The notes beneath the pieces are model-generated. The model ran no database searches, was not told the DNA's origin, and worked only from the letters and a program-made list of their open reading frames with translations. A DNA stretch of 64,000 nucleotides, taken from the NCBI GenBank assembly GCA_946623825.1, contig CAMORN010000001.1, positions 16,202 to 80,201 of the forward strand, in the 5' to 3' direction. Shown here one piece after another: positions 1-10,059 of this stretch (position 1 is its first letter; each line of letters starts with the position of its first letter). The translations under genes and the position numbers were made by a program. Source of the DNA: an uncultured Alphaproteobacteria bacterium. Lineage in GTDB: Bacteria; Pseudomonadota; Alphaproteobacteria; Rs-D84.

Positions 1-117
1 GTTGCGACAAAAAATTTGCAATAAATTTTTGTTTAAAAAACGCATTCTCTCTCTTATATATATTTTTTATTATTGAATTATATCACATTTTATATATTTT
101 GTGGTATAATTAAAATT

Positions 118-1410
118 ATGAAAGTGTTAAAAAAATTTTGGCTGTGGTTTATAGCGTTATTTCCATTAAGTGCTGGTGCGGTTGTGCCATTGGTTATTGG
201 TGGGGCGGCAGTTGGTGTTGGAATAATAGGTGTTTCTATATGGCGTACGGCATCACCGGTGGACATGGCCAGTGCACTTGATTTCTTTTCTTCATGTTGG
301 ACATGCCAAATGTTTTCAGATGTTATGATTTCTATGTCTAACCTGTTGCCAAAGGTTTATTCAGCGATAGGCAAAGTTGTTATTCCAATGGCAATAACAT
401 TATTGGCGATATTTATTGCGTGGCGAATGACATCTGGGTTTATCAACGGTAAATTTGAAGAAGCATCAAAAATAATGGGCAATTTCGGTTCATATATTGT
501 TAAATTGGTTGTTTTGATAACATTGTTGTTGATGCCTTTGCCACGAATGATAACTTCTATTTTGATAGAACCTGCGCTAACTATCGGGACATCGCTTGAT
601 TATGTCATATCTGATAACAGCAAATTTTCAGAATGTATGGTTGCGACTGCAATTGCAGACCCCGTGACGGTTTCTGCCGATGCGTCTGCGTATGGGGCTT
701 TTTCACCAAAATTGCGTCATCAATTGGCGTGTGAGGTTGCAAATGTTCATCAAATAACCGGACTTGGCATGATGGTTGGTTGGACAATGATGAATATGGC
801 ATTTAATTATGATTATGAACACAAGGTATTATGGGTAATGCCGATATTCCCGAATATTCCTATATTTTTTGCGGGATTGTTGGTGTTTGTGTTGTATTTT
901 ATAGCATTGTTGCCGATACCTTTGTATTTTCTTGAAGTGTTTGTAAAATTATCAATGGATTTGATTATGTTGCCATTAATGTTAATGGCATGGATGTTTG
1001 ATGACAAAGATTTTGCTTTCTTTCCAAAAGGGGGCAGAACGATTCGCCAAATGATAGATGATGTTGTAAAGGCAGTTGTCGGAATTGCGTTAACAGTTGT
1101 GTTTTTAACATTCTCGGTTATGGTGTTAAATGCGGCATTTGGTTCTTTCTATGGTTCAGATATGTTAATGACAGCGATAGAAAGAAACGATTCGAAATTT
1201 TTGATGGACGGCTTGGTAATGGCGAACAACAGCATAATTACCACGATTTTATTGGGTATATTTATGGCTATGTTTATGACAATGATACCACAATTGACCA
1301 ATATGTTATTCAAGATACAAATATCAGAAAAATACTATGAAACTGCGAAAAATGATATGAAAATAATGTGGGGAAACGCCAAAAAATGGCTGTCTTCAAT
1401 AAAAAAATAA
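118..1410 (+). CDS. Polytopic membrane protein, VirB6/TrbL-like T4SS component
   Basis: Many hydrophobic segments; N-terminal CWTC motif; central 'FVLYFIALLPIPLYFLEVFVKLSMDLIMLPLMLMAWMFD' stretch resembles VirB6/TrbL. ATG at 118 chosen over the TTG at 73. Family call is by recall, not by search. Confidence 0.55.
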   Translation: MKVLKKFWLWFIALFPLSAGAVVPLVIGGAAVGVGIIGVSIWRTASPVDMASALDFFSSCWTCQMFSDVMISMSNLLPKVYSAIGKVVIPMAITLLAIFIAWRMTSGFINGKFEEASKIMGNFGSYIVKLVVLITLLLMPLPRMITSILIEPALTIGTSLDYVISDNSKFSECMVATAIADPVTVSADASAYGAFSPKLRHQLACEVANVHQITGLGMMVGWTMMNMAFNYDYEHKVLWVMPIFPNIPIFFAGLLVFVLYFIALLPIPLYFLEVFVKLSMDLIMLPLMLMAWMFDDKDFAFFPKGGRTIRQMIDDVVKAVVGIALTVVFLTFSVMVLNAAFGSFYGSDMLMTAIERNDSKFLMDGLVMANNSIITTILLGIFMAMFMTMIPQLTNMLFKIQISEKYYETAKNDMKIMWGNAKKWLSSIKK

Positions 1411-1478
1411 AAAATCAAGTACTTTATTTAACTTTCACTACTTTTTTCATCGAACCGAATCTGATATAATTCACAGTG

Positions 1479-1988
1479 ATGAGAAGTTTTCCGATTCTTT
1501 ATTGGCCAGATTCAACAAATGGTAATGCAGATTACCAGTTGGCGCGCAAGGTTATAAATAATGACACGGGTATCATGCCGGAAGTTATTCTTGATGATTT
1601 CGATTTGGGTGAAATTTTCAAGAAGAACATAGATGCCACTATTTATTATCCTGTGTTTTGTGAATCTACGGGCTGGTGGGGTGAATTATTGGGTGGAAAC
1701 GGAGTTATCGTTGAAAAAATCATTATTTCCCCAGAATGTCAATTGATGGTTATTGTTGCCGAATCAAAGGCTAAACCACATGGAAAACAACAATTATTTG
1801 CCGCTGAAATCCGTCCTGCCAGCGGTTTTTTCAAGAAAATGAATTCGTCCATCGCAACTGTGTCTGATATGTTGGCGACAGATGCGGGAACGATTTTGGC
1901 TTTGTTTAAGGGTAAAAACCCAAATCAATTTATAAATATCTTGGAATCTACGGGTAATTCGTATCTGGGATGTATCGGACAATATTAA
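1479..1988 (+). CDS. Hypothetical protein
   Basis: About 170-aa ORF filling the gap between neighbouring genes; no motif recognised. Confidence 0.6.
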   Translation: MRSFPILYWPDSTNGNADYQLARKVINNDTGIMPEVILDDFDLGEIFKKNIDATIYYPVFCESTGWWGELLGGNGVIVEKIIISPECQLMVIVAESKAKPHGKQQLFAAEIRPASGFFKKMNSSIATVSDMLATDAGTILALFKGKNPNQFINILESTGNSYLGCIGQY

Positions 1989-2077
1989 AAAACACTGTAA
2001 TTTATCTTGATTTTACGAAAAAACTAGGTATAATCTGTCGGCTAGTAAGTTCTACAAAAAATAAAAAGGATTATAAG

Positions 2078-2290
2078 ATGAAAAAAGGAATTCATCCAGA
2101 ATATCATGAAATCAACGTCACAACAACTGACGGAAAAACAGTAAAAATGTATTCTTCTGTTAAAAAAGATTTGATTTTATCAACAGATAATTTGAACCAT
2201 CCTGCATGGACTGGCCAACGTAATAACGAAGGTGCCAAGGGTAAACGCGCAGAAGAATTCAAAAGCAAATTTGCTGGATTTAATTTTTAA
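2078..2290 (+). CDS. rpmE: 50S ribosomal protein L31 (Zn-free alpha type)
   Basis: MKKGIHPEYHEINVTTTDG...HPAWTG signature; AAGGA RBS upstream of ATG 2078. Confidence 0.95.
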   Translation: MKKGIHPEYHEINVTTTDGKTVKMYSSVKKDLILSTDNLNHPAWTGQRNNEGAKGKRAEEFKSKFAGFNF

Positions 2291-2317
2291 TAATTCTCTG
2301 AATTTGAGGGGGATATT

Positions 2318-3028
2318 ATGGATTTGCTGATAAAAGGTTCAACAGAATTAAACAAAATGTTTGCTGCGTTGCAAAATACAGCAACTGGTTTGCGCCACGA
2401 TTTTGGCGAAGTTGAAAATTTACAGCAATCTCTGCGTGGTGCGCGTGATTTCGTAGCCAAGGCATCTGCAAGAATCGAAGAAAGCATTCTTGACGATTTG
2501 CAATTGGTTCGCCCAAGTGCTGGTTTGTTGACACCAAATGTATCAAAATCGGGCGAAGGTCGCGATGAATTTGTTCTGGCATTATCTGGTGCGGGCAATT
2601 TTGTTCGTGGAAATTCACATTTTGCGATTTCTTTGGCATTGCGTACAAACGGTGAAACAAAAATAGCATTGGTTTATTCCCCAATCGAAGACAGATTATA
2701 TTATGCAGAATCGGGCAATGGCGCATATATCTTTTATGCGTATCATTCTGAAAAAATCCATGTTTCTAATTTAAATGAACCACATGATTTAACAATTGGT
2801 TATAATACAACCGGAATGCGCCCAGTGATAGAAGGAACCGCACTTGAAACGGGGTGTCCTGCATTGGATTTAGCATTTGTTGCATCTGGTAAAATGGACG
2901 CGTTTGTTTCGGACCCAATTGATTTTGCAGAAATCGCCGCCGGTGAATTATTGGTCCGTGAAGCGGGCGGAAAAATCAAAATAGATGGCGCAGACATAAT
3001 CGCCACCAATGGCAAGGTTGAATTATAA
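2318..3028 (+). CDS. suhB: Inositol monophosphatase-family (SuhB-like) protein with degenerate catalytic motifs
   Basis: Helical N-terminus, 'NFVRGNSHFAISLAL', 'LDLAFVASGKMDAF' and 'AAGELLVREAGG' motifs; DPIDGT and WD motifs replaced. Confidence 0.75.
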   Translation: MDLLIKGSTELNKMFAALQNTATGLRHDFGEVENLQQSLRGARDFVAKASARIEESILDDLQLVRPSAGLLTPNVSKSGEGRDEFVLALSGAGNFVRGNSHFAISLALRTNGETKIALVYSPIEDRLYYAESGNGAYIFYAYHSEKIHVSNLNEPHDLTIGYNTTGMRPVIEGTALETGCPALDLAFVASGKMDAFVSDPIDFAEIAAGELLVREAGGKIKIDGADIIATNGKVEL

Positions 3029-3050
3029 AAAACCGAAAAAAGCAATAAAT

Positions 3051-3080
3051 AAAAACACCCGCAAATTCGTGGGTGTTTTT
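3051..3080. terminator. Intrinsic terminator after suhB-like gene
   Basis: aaaaacacccgc-aaatt-cgtgggtgttttt imperfect hairpin with A and T tracts. Confidence 0.7.
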
Positions 3081-3158
3081 TTGTGTGAAAAAAATACTTG
3101 CACAACGAATCGCTTTTTTTGTAGAGTGTTTATATAGGAAAAAAGGAAAGGGAAAACC

Positions 3159-4334
3159 ATGAAACAAAAAATCTTTTTAACCAGTGCACTCGCAATGGGC
3201 TTTGTTGCGCCGGCAATGGCGGAACCAAGTAATACGGGTGATTTTCCATCCACCGGTTTAATGCAGGAAGATTATACATATACCGGTGCGGCAACCGAAG
3301 CAAATATGGGCGTGTACGAGGGGACGGTTAACGCCACCGCAGAATATACAGATGATTTATATAACATCGTCGCGGGAAACTATTTAGAGGCAGGTTCCGA
3401 AGATGAAAACGGAACACAATGTACAGCGGGTAATTTCTGTCCTGGGTTAACAAATGCATTGTATAATGAAACCACAGACCAGGGATTAAATTCATGTTCC
3501 GACGCAACGAACGGAATATACACATTGTCCGCGGCTGGCGCATCATCACAAAACGAATGTTATCGTGAATGTACAACTGCGGATGTTGCACATTCAAGGG
3601 GAACATTAAATGGTGGCTATTATTACGGTGATAGCAACCAATGTGGTGCAACAGATTGTGTTGACGGTTGGCATGTCAAACCAAGTTTAGATTTAGTCAA
3701 TACAATTGGTACGGCCACAGGTGTCAATGCAAGTGTGCTCAATAATGGTAGTGCTACTGATAATATTTCAACGTATGGTTTAACAAGCAGTGATATAGAT
3801 ACATGGGTTGCGGATTTTGGTGAAAAAGGAATTTTAAGAGGAAAATCTTATTGTTCTGCTCTTTCAGGAACCGAGCATCAAACAACCAAAACAACATCAG
3901 AATTAGGTGATTATTCTAATTATAGAAATTGTTGGTGTAATGTAACAAGTTATACACCAGTTAATGGTAATACGCAAAACTTATCTTCACTTTGGGTCTT
4001 GTTTTCAGATTGGGACAATGATGGACCTTACGGTTTAGATTGTGATACTAATTGTGCTTTCGTTTGTGGTATTCAAATGGCTCGTTATCCTAATAATCGT
4101 TCTGCGTTGCTCAATTCTGTTACAGGGTTTCAGCCAGAACCAGCATCATGTGAAGCAAACATTATTAACATTAATTGGTCAAATGCGGATGCGGCGGATA
4201 TATCTGCAAACAACGCGGGTACTGCCACATACGACAGCGATATCCGTACCCCTGTCAAGGCTCAGACCATTAAGGGTAAGACATTCCGCGGTTGGCGTTT
4301 CAGCAAACCGGAACAAACAACAACTGGTAATTAA
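3159..4334 (+). CDS. Secreted Cys-rich surface protein, paralog 1 (conserved ends, variable core, InlB-B-repeat-like tail)
   Basis: Signal peptide (MKQKIFLTSALAMGFVAPAMA); clearly homologous to 58012-59241; C-terminal 'TPVKAQTIKGKTFRGWRF'; CxxxCxxxC motif in the variable core. Confidence 0.85.
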   Translation: MKQKIFLTSALAMGFVAPAMAEPSNTGDFPSTGLMQEDYTYTGAATEANMGVYEGTVNATAEYTDDLYNIVAGNYLEAGSEDENGTQCTAGNFCPGLTNALYNETTDQGLNSCSDATNGIYTLSAAGASSQNECYRECTTADVAHSRGTLNGGYYYGDSNQCGATDCVDGWHVKPSLDLVNTIGTATGVNASVLNNGSATDNISTYGLTSSDIDTWVADFGEKGILRGKSYCSALSGTEHQTTKTTSELGDYSNYRNCWCNVTSYTPVNGNTQNLSSLWVLFSDWDNDGPYGLDCDTNCAFVCGIQMARYPNNRSALLNSVTGFQPEPASCEANIININWSNADAADISANNAGTATYDSDIRTPVKAQTIKGKTFRGWRFSKPEQTTTGN

Positions 4335-4347
4335 ATTTACCGTTTAT

Positions 4348-4378
4348 AAAAAACACCGACATTTTGTCGGTGTTTTTT
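4348..4378. terminator. Bidirectional intrinsic terminator (same hairpin inverted at 57922-57951)
   Basis: aaaaaacaccgac-atttt-gtcggtgtttttt perfect stem. Confidence 0.8.
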
Positions 4379-4426
4379 TGCTATCAAAACTTGCATTGTT
4401 CAAATATTTAACATAAAATTAAATGT

Positions 4427-6475
4427 ATGAAATTCAAGAAATATTTACATTATTTTACTAATTTTATTTTCTGGGGCTTTGTGGCCGCTATTGCGGGTTT
4501 GGCTGTATTGGTTTTGATTTATGGTCATGATTTGCCAGATTATAAAAAATTGGCAACCTATACCCCACCGGTTGCAACGCGTTTATATGCGTCTGATGGG
4601 TCGCTCTTAATCGAATATGCCGAAGAAAGACGCGTTTTCATAGATTTTGAAGATATGCCACCACAATTGGTAAATGCCTTTATCGCCGCCGAAGACCAAA
4701 ATTTTTGGACGCATCCGGGTATCGATGTCCAAGGTATCATTCGTGCAAGTCTTAATAACGCAATGCGTTTAATGGGATTTGATAAAAAATTCACCGGTGC
4801 ATCTACAATCACACAACAGGTTGCAAAAAATTTCTTCCTTACATCCGACAGAACCATTTCAAGAAAGGTCAAAGAGGCAATTCTTGCATTGCGCTTGGAA
4901 CGCAGTTTTTCTAAAAAACACATAATGACTTTGTATTTAAACGAAATATTCCTTGGGGCGCGTGCGTATGGTGTTGGGTCTGCGTCTTTGATGTATTTCA
5001 ATAAATCTGTGAAAGATCTCAGTTTGTCTGAATGTGCGTTTTTGGCATCTTTGCCAAAGGCACCAAATGACAGAAATCGCGCCGTCGAACGCAGAAACTA
5101 TGTTTTACGCCGTATGGTTGATGATGGATACATCACAAAAGAGGAAGCACAAATTGCGTCCGCAGAACCATTAAATATAAATTCTGGCTTTACCGCCCAG
5201 ATGGAGGTTGATTTCCAATATTTCGCAGAAGATGTTCGTCGCAGATTGTTGGAATCTATTGGTCGTGATACATTGTATAATGACGGTTTATATATCAAAA
5301 CAACTATTGTTCCGGAATTTCAACGCGCAGCCGCCACCGCTTTGGCAAAAGAATTAGATGCGTTTAACAAGGGTAAGGGCGAAAACGAACCAAAATTGCA
5401 GGGTGCAATTATTGCTATGAATCCACATACGGGGCGTATTGTTGCGATGACGGGGGGGCGTTCTTTCCGTGAATCTTCTTTTAACCGCGCAACACAGGCA
5501 TATCGTCAAATCGGTTCAACAATTAAACCGTTTGTTTATTTAGCTGCGCTGGAAAAAGGATACAGTCCTGAATCTTTGATATTAGATGCACCGGTTGTCG
5601 GTTGGCGCGAAAATAACAAAGAATGGAAACCTGAAAATTATGACAGAAAATTCTTGGGTAATATTCCATTAAGATTTTCACTTGAAACATCTCGTAATGT
5701 GCCTACTGTCCGTCTGGTGGAACAAATCGGGGTCAAAGAATCTATTGATGCCGCACAAAGATTTGGTGTTTATCCAAAAGATTTGTCCCAATTTAATGAA
5801 TCTATGGCGCTGGGGTCTGGCGAAACAACTTTGCAGAAATTGGTGTTGGGTTATTCTGCATTTGTAAACGGTGGTCGCGCGATAGAACCAAAAATGATTG
5901 ACTATGTCGAAGACAGATATGGTAATGTCTTGGGCGGACAAAAACCTGTTCAAATCGAATGGAGCGAAGATTTATTGCCACCACAGGAAGCAGCAAAAAC
6001 AGAACCTTTGTCTGATGCACAAAGTTTATATCAAATCGTTTCTATATTACAGGGTGCTGTTGAACGCGGAACTGGAAAACAGGCACGCGTTGCGGGGCAT
6101 ACAATCGCAGGTAAAACAGGTACCACAAATCAGGTAAAAGATGTATGGTTTATTGGTTTTTCTAAAAATCTGATTGCGGGTGTATATCTTGGGTATGATA
6201 AACCAAAACCATTGGGCAAGGGCGCCGGTTCCCACATGGCTGCACGCGTATTTGCTGATTTTATGAGTGTTGCGTTGAAAGATGAAAGTAATCAACCGTT
6301 CCCAGTGCCAGATGGGTTAACTTTTATGCGTGTGAACAGAAACAGCGGTATTTCAGCAGCCCTTGATCCAGAAGGTATTATTGTCAATGAAGCCTTCAAA
6401 GAAGGTCAAAAACCAAACACCCCACAAACAGTTCAAAAACAGGTTGAACAGACAACTGTCGGTGGAATTTTCTGA
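4427..6475 (+). CDS. mrcA: Penicillin-binding protein 1A (transglycosylase/transpeptidase)
   Basis: AAEDQNF, GASTITQQVAKN, RKVKE transglycosylase motifs; STIK (SxxK), SRN and KTGT transpeptidase motifs. Confidence 0.95.
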   Translation: MKFKKYLHYFTNFIFWGFVAAIAGLAVLVLIYGHDLPDYKKLATYTPPVATRLYASDGSLLIEYAEERRVFIDFEDMPPQLVNAFIAAEDQNFWTHPGIDVQGIIRASLNNAMRLMGFDKKFTGASTITQQVAKNFFLTSDRTISRKVKEAILALRLERSFSKKHIMTLYLNEIFLGARAYGVGSASLMYFNKSVKDLSLSECAFLASLPKAPNDRNRAVERRNYVLRRMVDDGYITKEEAQIASAEPLNINSGFTAQMEVDFQYFAEDVRRRLLESIGRDTLYNDGLYIKTTIVPEFQRAAATALAKELDAFNKGKGENEPKLQGAIIAMNPHTGRIVAMTGGRSFRESSFNRATQAYRQIGSTIKPFVYLAALEKGYSPESLILDAPVVGWRENNKEWKPENYDRKFLGNIPLRFSLETSRNVPTVRLVEQIGVKESIDAAQRFGVYPKDLSQFNESMALGSGETTLQKLVLGYSAFVNGGRAIEPKMIDYVEDRYGNVLGGQKPVQIEWSEDLLPPQEAAKTEPLSDAQSLYQIVSILQGAVERGTGKQARVAGHTIAGKTGTTNQVKDVWFIGFSKNLIAGVYLGYDKPKPLGKGAGSHMAARVFADFMSVALKDESNQPFPVPDGLTFMRVNRNSGISAALDPEGIIVNEAFKEGQKPNTPQTVQKQVEQTTVGGIF

Positions 6476-6590
6476 TGTATATTTAACCCGATTTTTATCG
6501 GGTTTTATTTTATAAAAAATATATTTTTTATAATCGTTTTATTTATGCTTTTTTTATGATAAAATATCAGCATAAGAAAAGGAGATTTTT

Positions 6591-7724
6591 ATGCTGACTG
6601 ATTTCTTGATTTCACGTGGTTATCAATTTTTTGCAAGTGGATGGACTCAATTTTCTGCTGCGTTCGGTTTGTCGTTTATTATTATGCTGCTTTTTGGAAA
6701 CAGTTTTATTCGTTTGATGCACAAAATTCAAGGTATGGGTCAACCAATCAGTGATAATGTCCCATTGGAACATCAAAAGAAAGCAGGCACACCATCTATG
6801 GGTGGGGTGTTGATGATAATTGCGATATTGGTGTCTTCTTTGTTATTTATGCCAACCCATAATGCAACAGGTTGGATTGCTTTGTCATCTTTGTTAATGT
6901 TTGGGTTAATTGGTTTTGCAGATGATTATAAAAAAATTTCAAGCCAATCTAAAAAGGCGTCAAATGGTTTGTCTCCGTCATTGCGTTTGATATTAGAAGG
7001 TGTATGTGTATTAATTTTGGCTTATTTTATAGATAAAACAATGCCGGGGTATGTCCCAAATTTATCAATCGTATTGGGATCCAGTATTGTTTTACCTTTA
7101 GATTCTTGGGAAATTGGTTATTTGTTTGGTGTGCCATTAACATTGGGATTTTTATATTATGTGTTTGCGTATTTTGTGATTTGTGGTTCTGCAAATGCTG
7201 CAAACATTACAGATGGATTGGACGGTATGTTGTCCAAGATTTATTTACCAGTATTGATTGTTTTGGTTGTTGCGTTGTATGGTGCAACCAGAATTGGTTT
7301 TATGGACGCAGTTATGTTTTTACCAGAAGCAAGCGCACTGTATGCGGTATTGGGCGGGGCGTTCGGCGCAGTACTTGGTTTCTTGTGGTTTAATACAAAA
7401 CCGGCGGCTATATTTATGGGCGATGTGGGTTCACTTGCGCTGGGTGGATTTATGGGTACGGTTGCGATGTTGTTAAAATCTGAAATTATTATGGGTGTAG
7501 CAGCGGGTATGATGGTTTTGATTTTATTGTCTTCTTTCACACAAACAATGTATTTCAAATTAACACGCAAAATATCTGGTACGGGAAAACGCATATTCTT
7601 GCGTGCGCCATTGCATCATCATTTTGAAGAATTGGGTTGGCCTGAAACAAAAATTGTAGATAGATTTTTTGTACTGTCTATCTTGTTTTCTGGGTTGGCG
7701 TTGGTGTTATTGAAATTTGCATAA
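6591..7724 (+). CDS. mraY: Phospho-N-acetylmuramoyl-pentapeptide transferase
   Basis: KAGTPSMGG, ADDYKK, NAANITDGLDG, IFMGDVGS and APLHHHFE motifs. Confidence 0.97.
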   Translation: MLTDFLISRGYQFFASGWTQFSAAFGLSFIIMLLFGNSFIRLMHKIQGMGQPISDNVPLEHQKKAGTPSMGGVLMIIAILVSSLLFMPTHNATGWIALSSLLMFGLIGFADDYKKISSQSKKASNGLSPSLRLILEGVCVLILAYFIDKTMPGYVPNLSIVLGSSIVLPLDSWEIGYLFGVPLTLGFLYYVFAYFVICGSANAANITDGLDGMLSKIYLPVLIVLVVALYGATRIGFMDAVMFLPEASALYAVLGGAFGAVLGFLWFNTKPAAIFMGDVGSLALGGFMGTVAMLLKSEIIMGVAAGMMVLILLSSFTQTMYFKLTRKISGTGKRIFLRAPLHHHFEELGWPETKIVDRFFVLSILFSGLALVLLKFA

Positions 7725-7737
7725 ATGGTGTAAGAAA

Positions 7738-8889
7738 ATGGTAAGAATAACACGTGGTGAAGAAAGTAGACTGACAAATTGGTATTTCAGAACAGACAAA
7801 AAATTAATCAGTCTGTTGGCAATTTTATTGTTGGCCAGTATTATTATGATGCTTTCTGCTGGTTCGGCTGAGGCAAATCGTTTATCGCAACCATGGTATC
7901 ATTTCTTGCAAAAGGCAACACCTTTTTATCTACTTGGTATATTTTCGTTGTTTTTTTGCAGTATGTTAAACAAAAAATGGATATTGTATATAGCTTGGTT
8001 GATGTTTGCGTTTGGTATGGGGTGTATGGTTTTAACTTTGATTCAACATAATGTTATAAACGGCAGTACCAGATGGGTGTTCTTGGGTGGGGTTAGATTT
8101 TTACCTGCGGATGTGTTGAAACCCGCTTTGATTATATTGACCGCATGGTTTATGCAACGATTACAGGGAATTTATGGACAAAATATTTTCTGGAACAAGG
8201 AAGCTTTTAAATTCAGTAAAGACAGTTGGTGGCCATATATAATTGCTTTTATGATATGTTTTGGAATTATGGTTAAACAACCAGATCTTGGAACCGGAAT
8301 TTTATTCGGTGGTGTGGTGTTAATAATGGCTTTGGTCGCTGGTATGCCAATAAAATTATTTGGAATGGTGTGTGCTTTGGGTATAACTGGTGTTTTTGGT
8401 TTCGCAATAGCAACCATGTCTCATATTCAAAATCGTATGGCACAGATTTTTTATGTGCCACCACGAACTCAGGTTTGGTATTCTTTAAATGCAATTCGAC
8501 ATGGCGGGCTTATGGGCAGTGGTGATGAAGCATATGTTCAAGAGGTTTTACCAGAAGCAACAAATGATTTTATCTTTGCTGCTATCGTAGAAAATTGGGG
8601 TGCAATCGCTGCATGTATTTTGATAGCGGTATTATTTGCAATTTTGAAAGTGTTGGTGGAACATGCGATTGTAGCGAAAGATAATTTTGTTATTTATGCA
8701 TTGACGGGAACTGCCGCGTTGTTTTTCGGACAGATTTGTTTTAATTTGATGACTTCTTTGCATATATTTATAAACAAAGGAATGACATTGCCTTTCGTTT
8801 CGTATGGTGGTGGTTCTTTTGTTTCTTTCTGTATATTGTTCGGAATGGTACTTGCGCTGATAAGGGAAGATATTTGGAATAACAGATAA
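7738..8889 (+). CDS. ftsW: SEDS family cell division protein FtsW
   Basis: NGSTRW, KQPDLGT, LPEATNDFIFA and GMTLPFVSYGGGS motifs; lies between mraY and murG. Confidence 0.9.
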   Translation: MVRITRGEESRLTNWYFRTDKKLISLLAILLLASIIMMLSAGSAEANRLSQPWYHFLQKATPFYLLGIFSLFFCSMLNKKWILYIAWLMFAFGMGCMVLTLIQHNVINGSTRWVFLGGVRFLPADVLKPALIILTAWFMQRLQGIYGQNIFWNKEAFKFSKDSWWPYIIAFMICFGIMVKQPDLGTGILFGGVVLIMALVAGMPIKLFGMVCALGITGVFGFAIATMSHIQNRMAQIFYVPPRTQVWYSLNAIRHGGLMGSGDEAYVQEVLPEATNDFIFAAIVENWGAIAACILIAVLFAILKVLVEHAIVAKDNFVIYALTGTAALFFGQICFNLMTSLHIFINKGMTLPFVSYGGGSFVSFCILFGMVLALIREDIWNNR

Positions 8890-8899
8890 GGGGGCAAAT

Positions 8900-9946
8900 A
8901 TGAAAATATGGATTGCAACAGGTGGAACAGGTGGTCATGTTTTTCCAGCATTAAGTGTTGCTACTGAATTGGCAAAACGCGGACATAAAATAACCGTGTC
9001 AACAGATGGTCGCGTTATGAAAATGGTCAAAGACGGTAAACCTGAACAGGCAAATGTTGTTTTTATTTGGGCTGCTGGTGTTGGTGCTAAATCAAAAATA
9101 AAACAGATGTTATCTTTGGCAAAAATCGGTGTTTCTGCTGTCGCGTTGATTTTAAGATTTATATTTTCTCGCCCAGACAGAATGGTTGCGTTTGGTGGAT
9201 ATGCATCGGTGCCAGCTGTATTTGCTGCACATGTTTGGAAAATACCAACTTTTTTACATGAACAAAATGCGGCGATTGGTCGTGCAAATAAATTTACTAT
9301 GCGTTGGGTTAAAACTTTGATGACAAGTTTCCCATCGGTTGATGGAATGCCATCAAAAACAAATGCAAATATTATTTATACGGGATTGCCAGTTCGTGAA
9401 GATTTTATAAATGCGTCAAATACACCATTGAAACACGAAAATAAATTATTGATTACAGGTGGTTCATTGGGGGCGCAAATACTGGACGAAATTGTTCCAC
9501 AGGCAATTGCTGAAATAAAAAACAAGAAATTGTTCATAACACATCAAACCAGACCTGAAAATGTTGCAAAATTACAAAAATTTTATGCAGACCATAAAAT
9601 TCATGCAAATGTTTTGTCTTTCATTCGTGATATGTCTGGCGCGATTATAGATGCAGATTTAATTATTGGACGCAGTGGGGCCAGTACTGTAATAGAACTT
9701 GAAACGGTTGGACGACCTGCAATATTGGTGCCACTTGGTATAAACCCAGACCAAGCTGCAAATGCTGCTTCTTTTGCAAAATTGGGCGGTGGTTTTAATA
9801 TTCCGCAAGATAAATTCACAGTAAAATGGTTAACTGCAACATTGGACGATTTGTTTGATAATCCGGCGCGTCTGGACAAGATGGCAAAAAAATCTTATGT
9901 AGAAAATCTTGCCGTGCAAAAAATAGCGGATACTATAACAAAATAA
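8900..9946 (+). CDS. murG: UDP-GlcNAc:lipid I GlcNAc transferase
   Basis: GGTGGHVFP, FGGYAS, HEQNA, GGSLGA and GRSGAST motifs. Confidence 0.96.
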   Translation: MKIWIATGGTGGHVFPALSVATELAKRGHKITVSTDGRVMKMVKDGKPEQANVVFIWAAGVGAKSKIKQMLSLAKIGVSAVALILRFIFSRPDRMVAFGGYASVPAVFAAHVWKIPTFLHEQNAAIGRANKFTMRWVKTLMTSFPSVDGMPSKTNANIIYTGLPVREDFINASNTPLKHENKLLITGGSLGAQILDEIVPQAIAEIKNKKLFITHQTRPENVAKLQKFYADHKIHANVLSFIRDMSGAIIDADLIIGRSGASTVIELETVGRPAILVPLGINPDQAANAASFAKLGGGFNIPQDKFTVKWLTATLDDLFDNPARLDKMAKKSYVENLAVQKIADTITK

Positions 9947-10059
9947 AAGACACCCGAAAGGGTGTTTTTTAACAGATTAAAAAAAATTATAAATGTATAT
10001 TTTTTTGCTTGCTTGACTTTCGTGATTTGTTCTATGATTAAGCAAGGAAGGAAAGGAAT

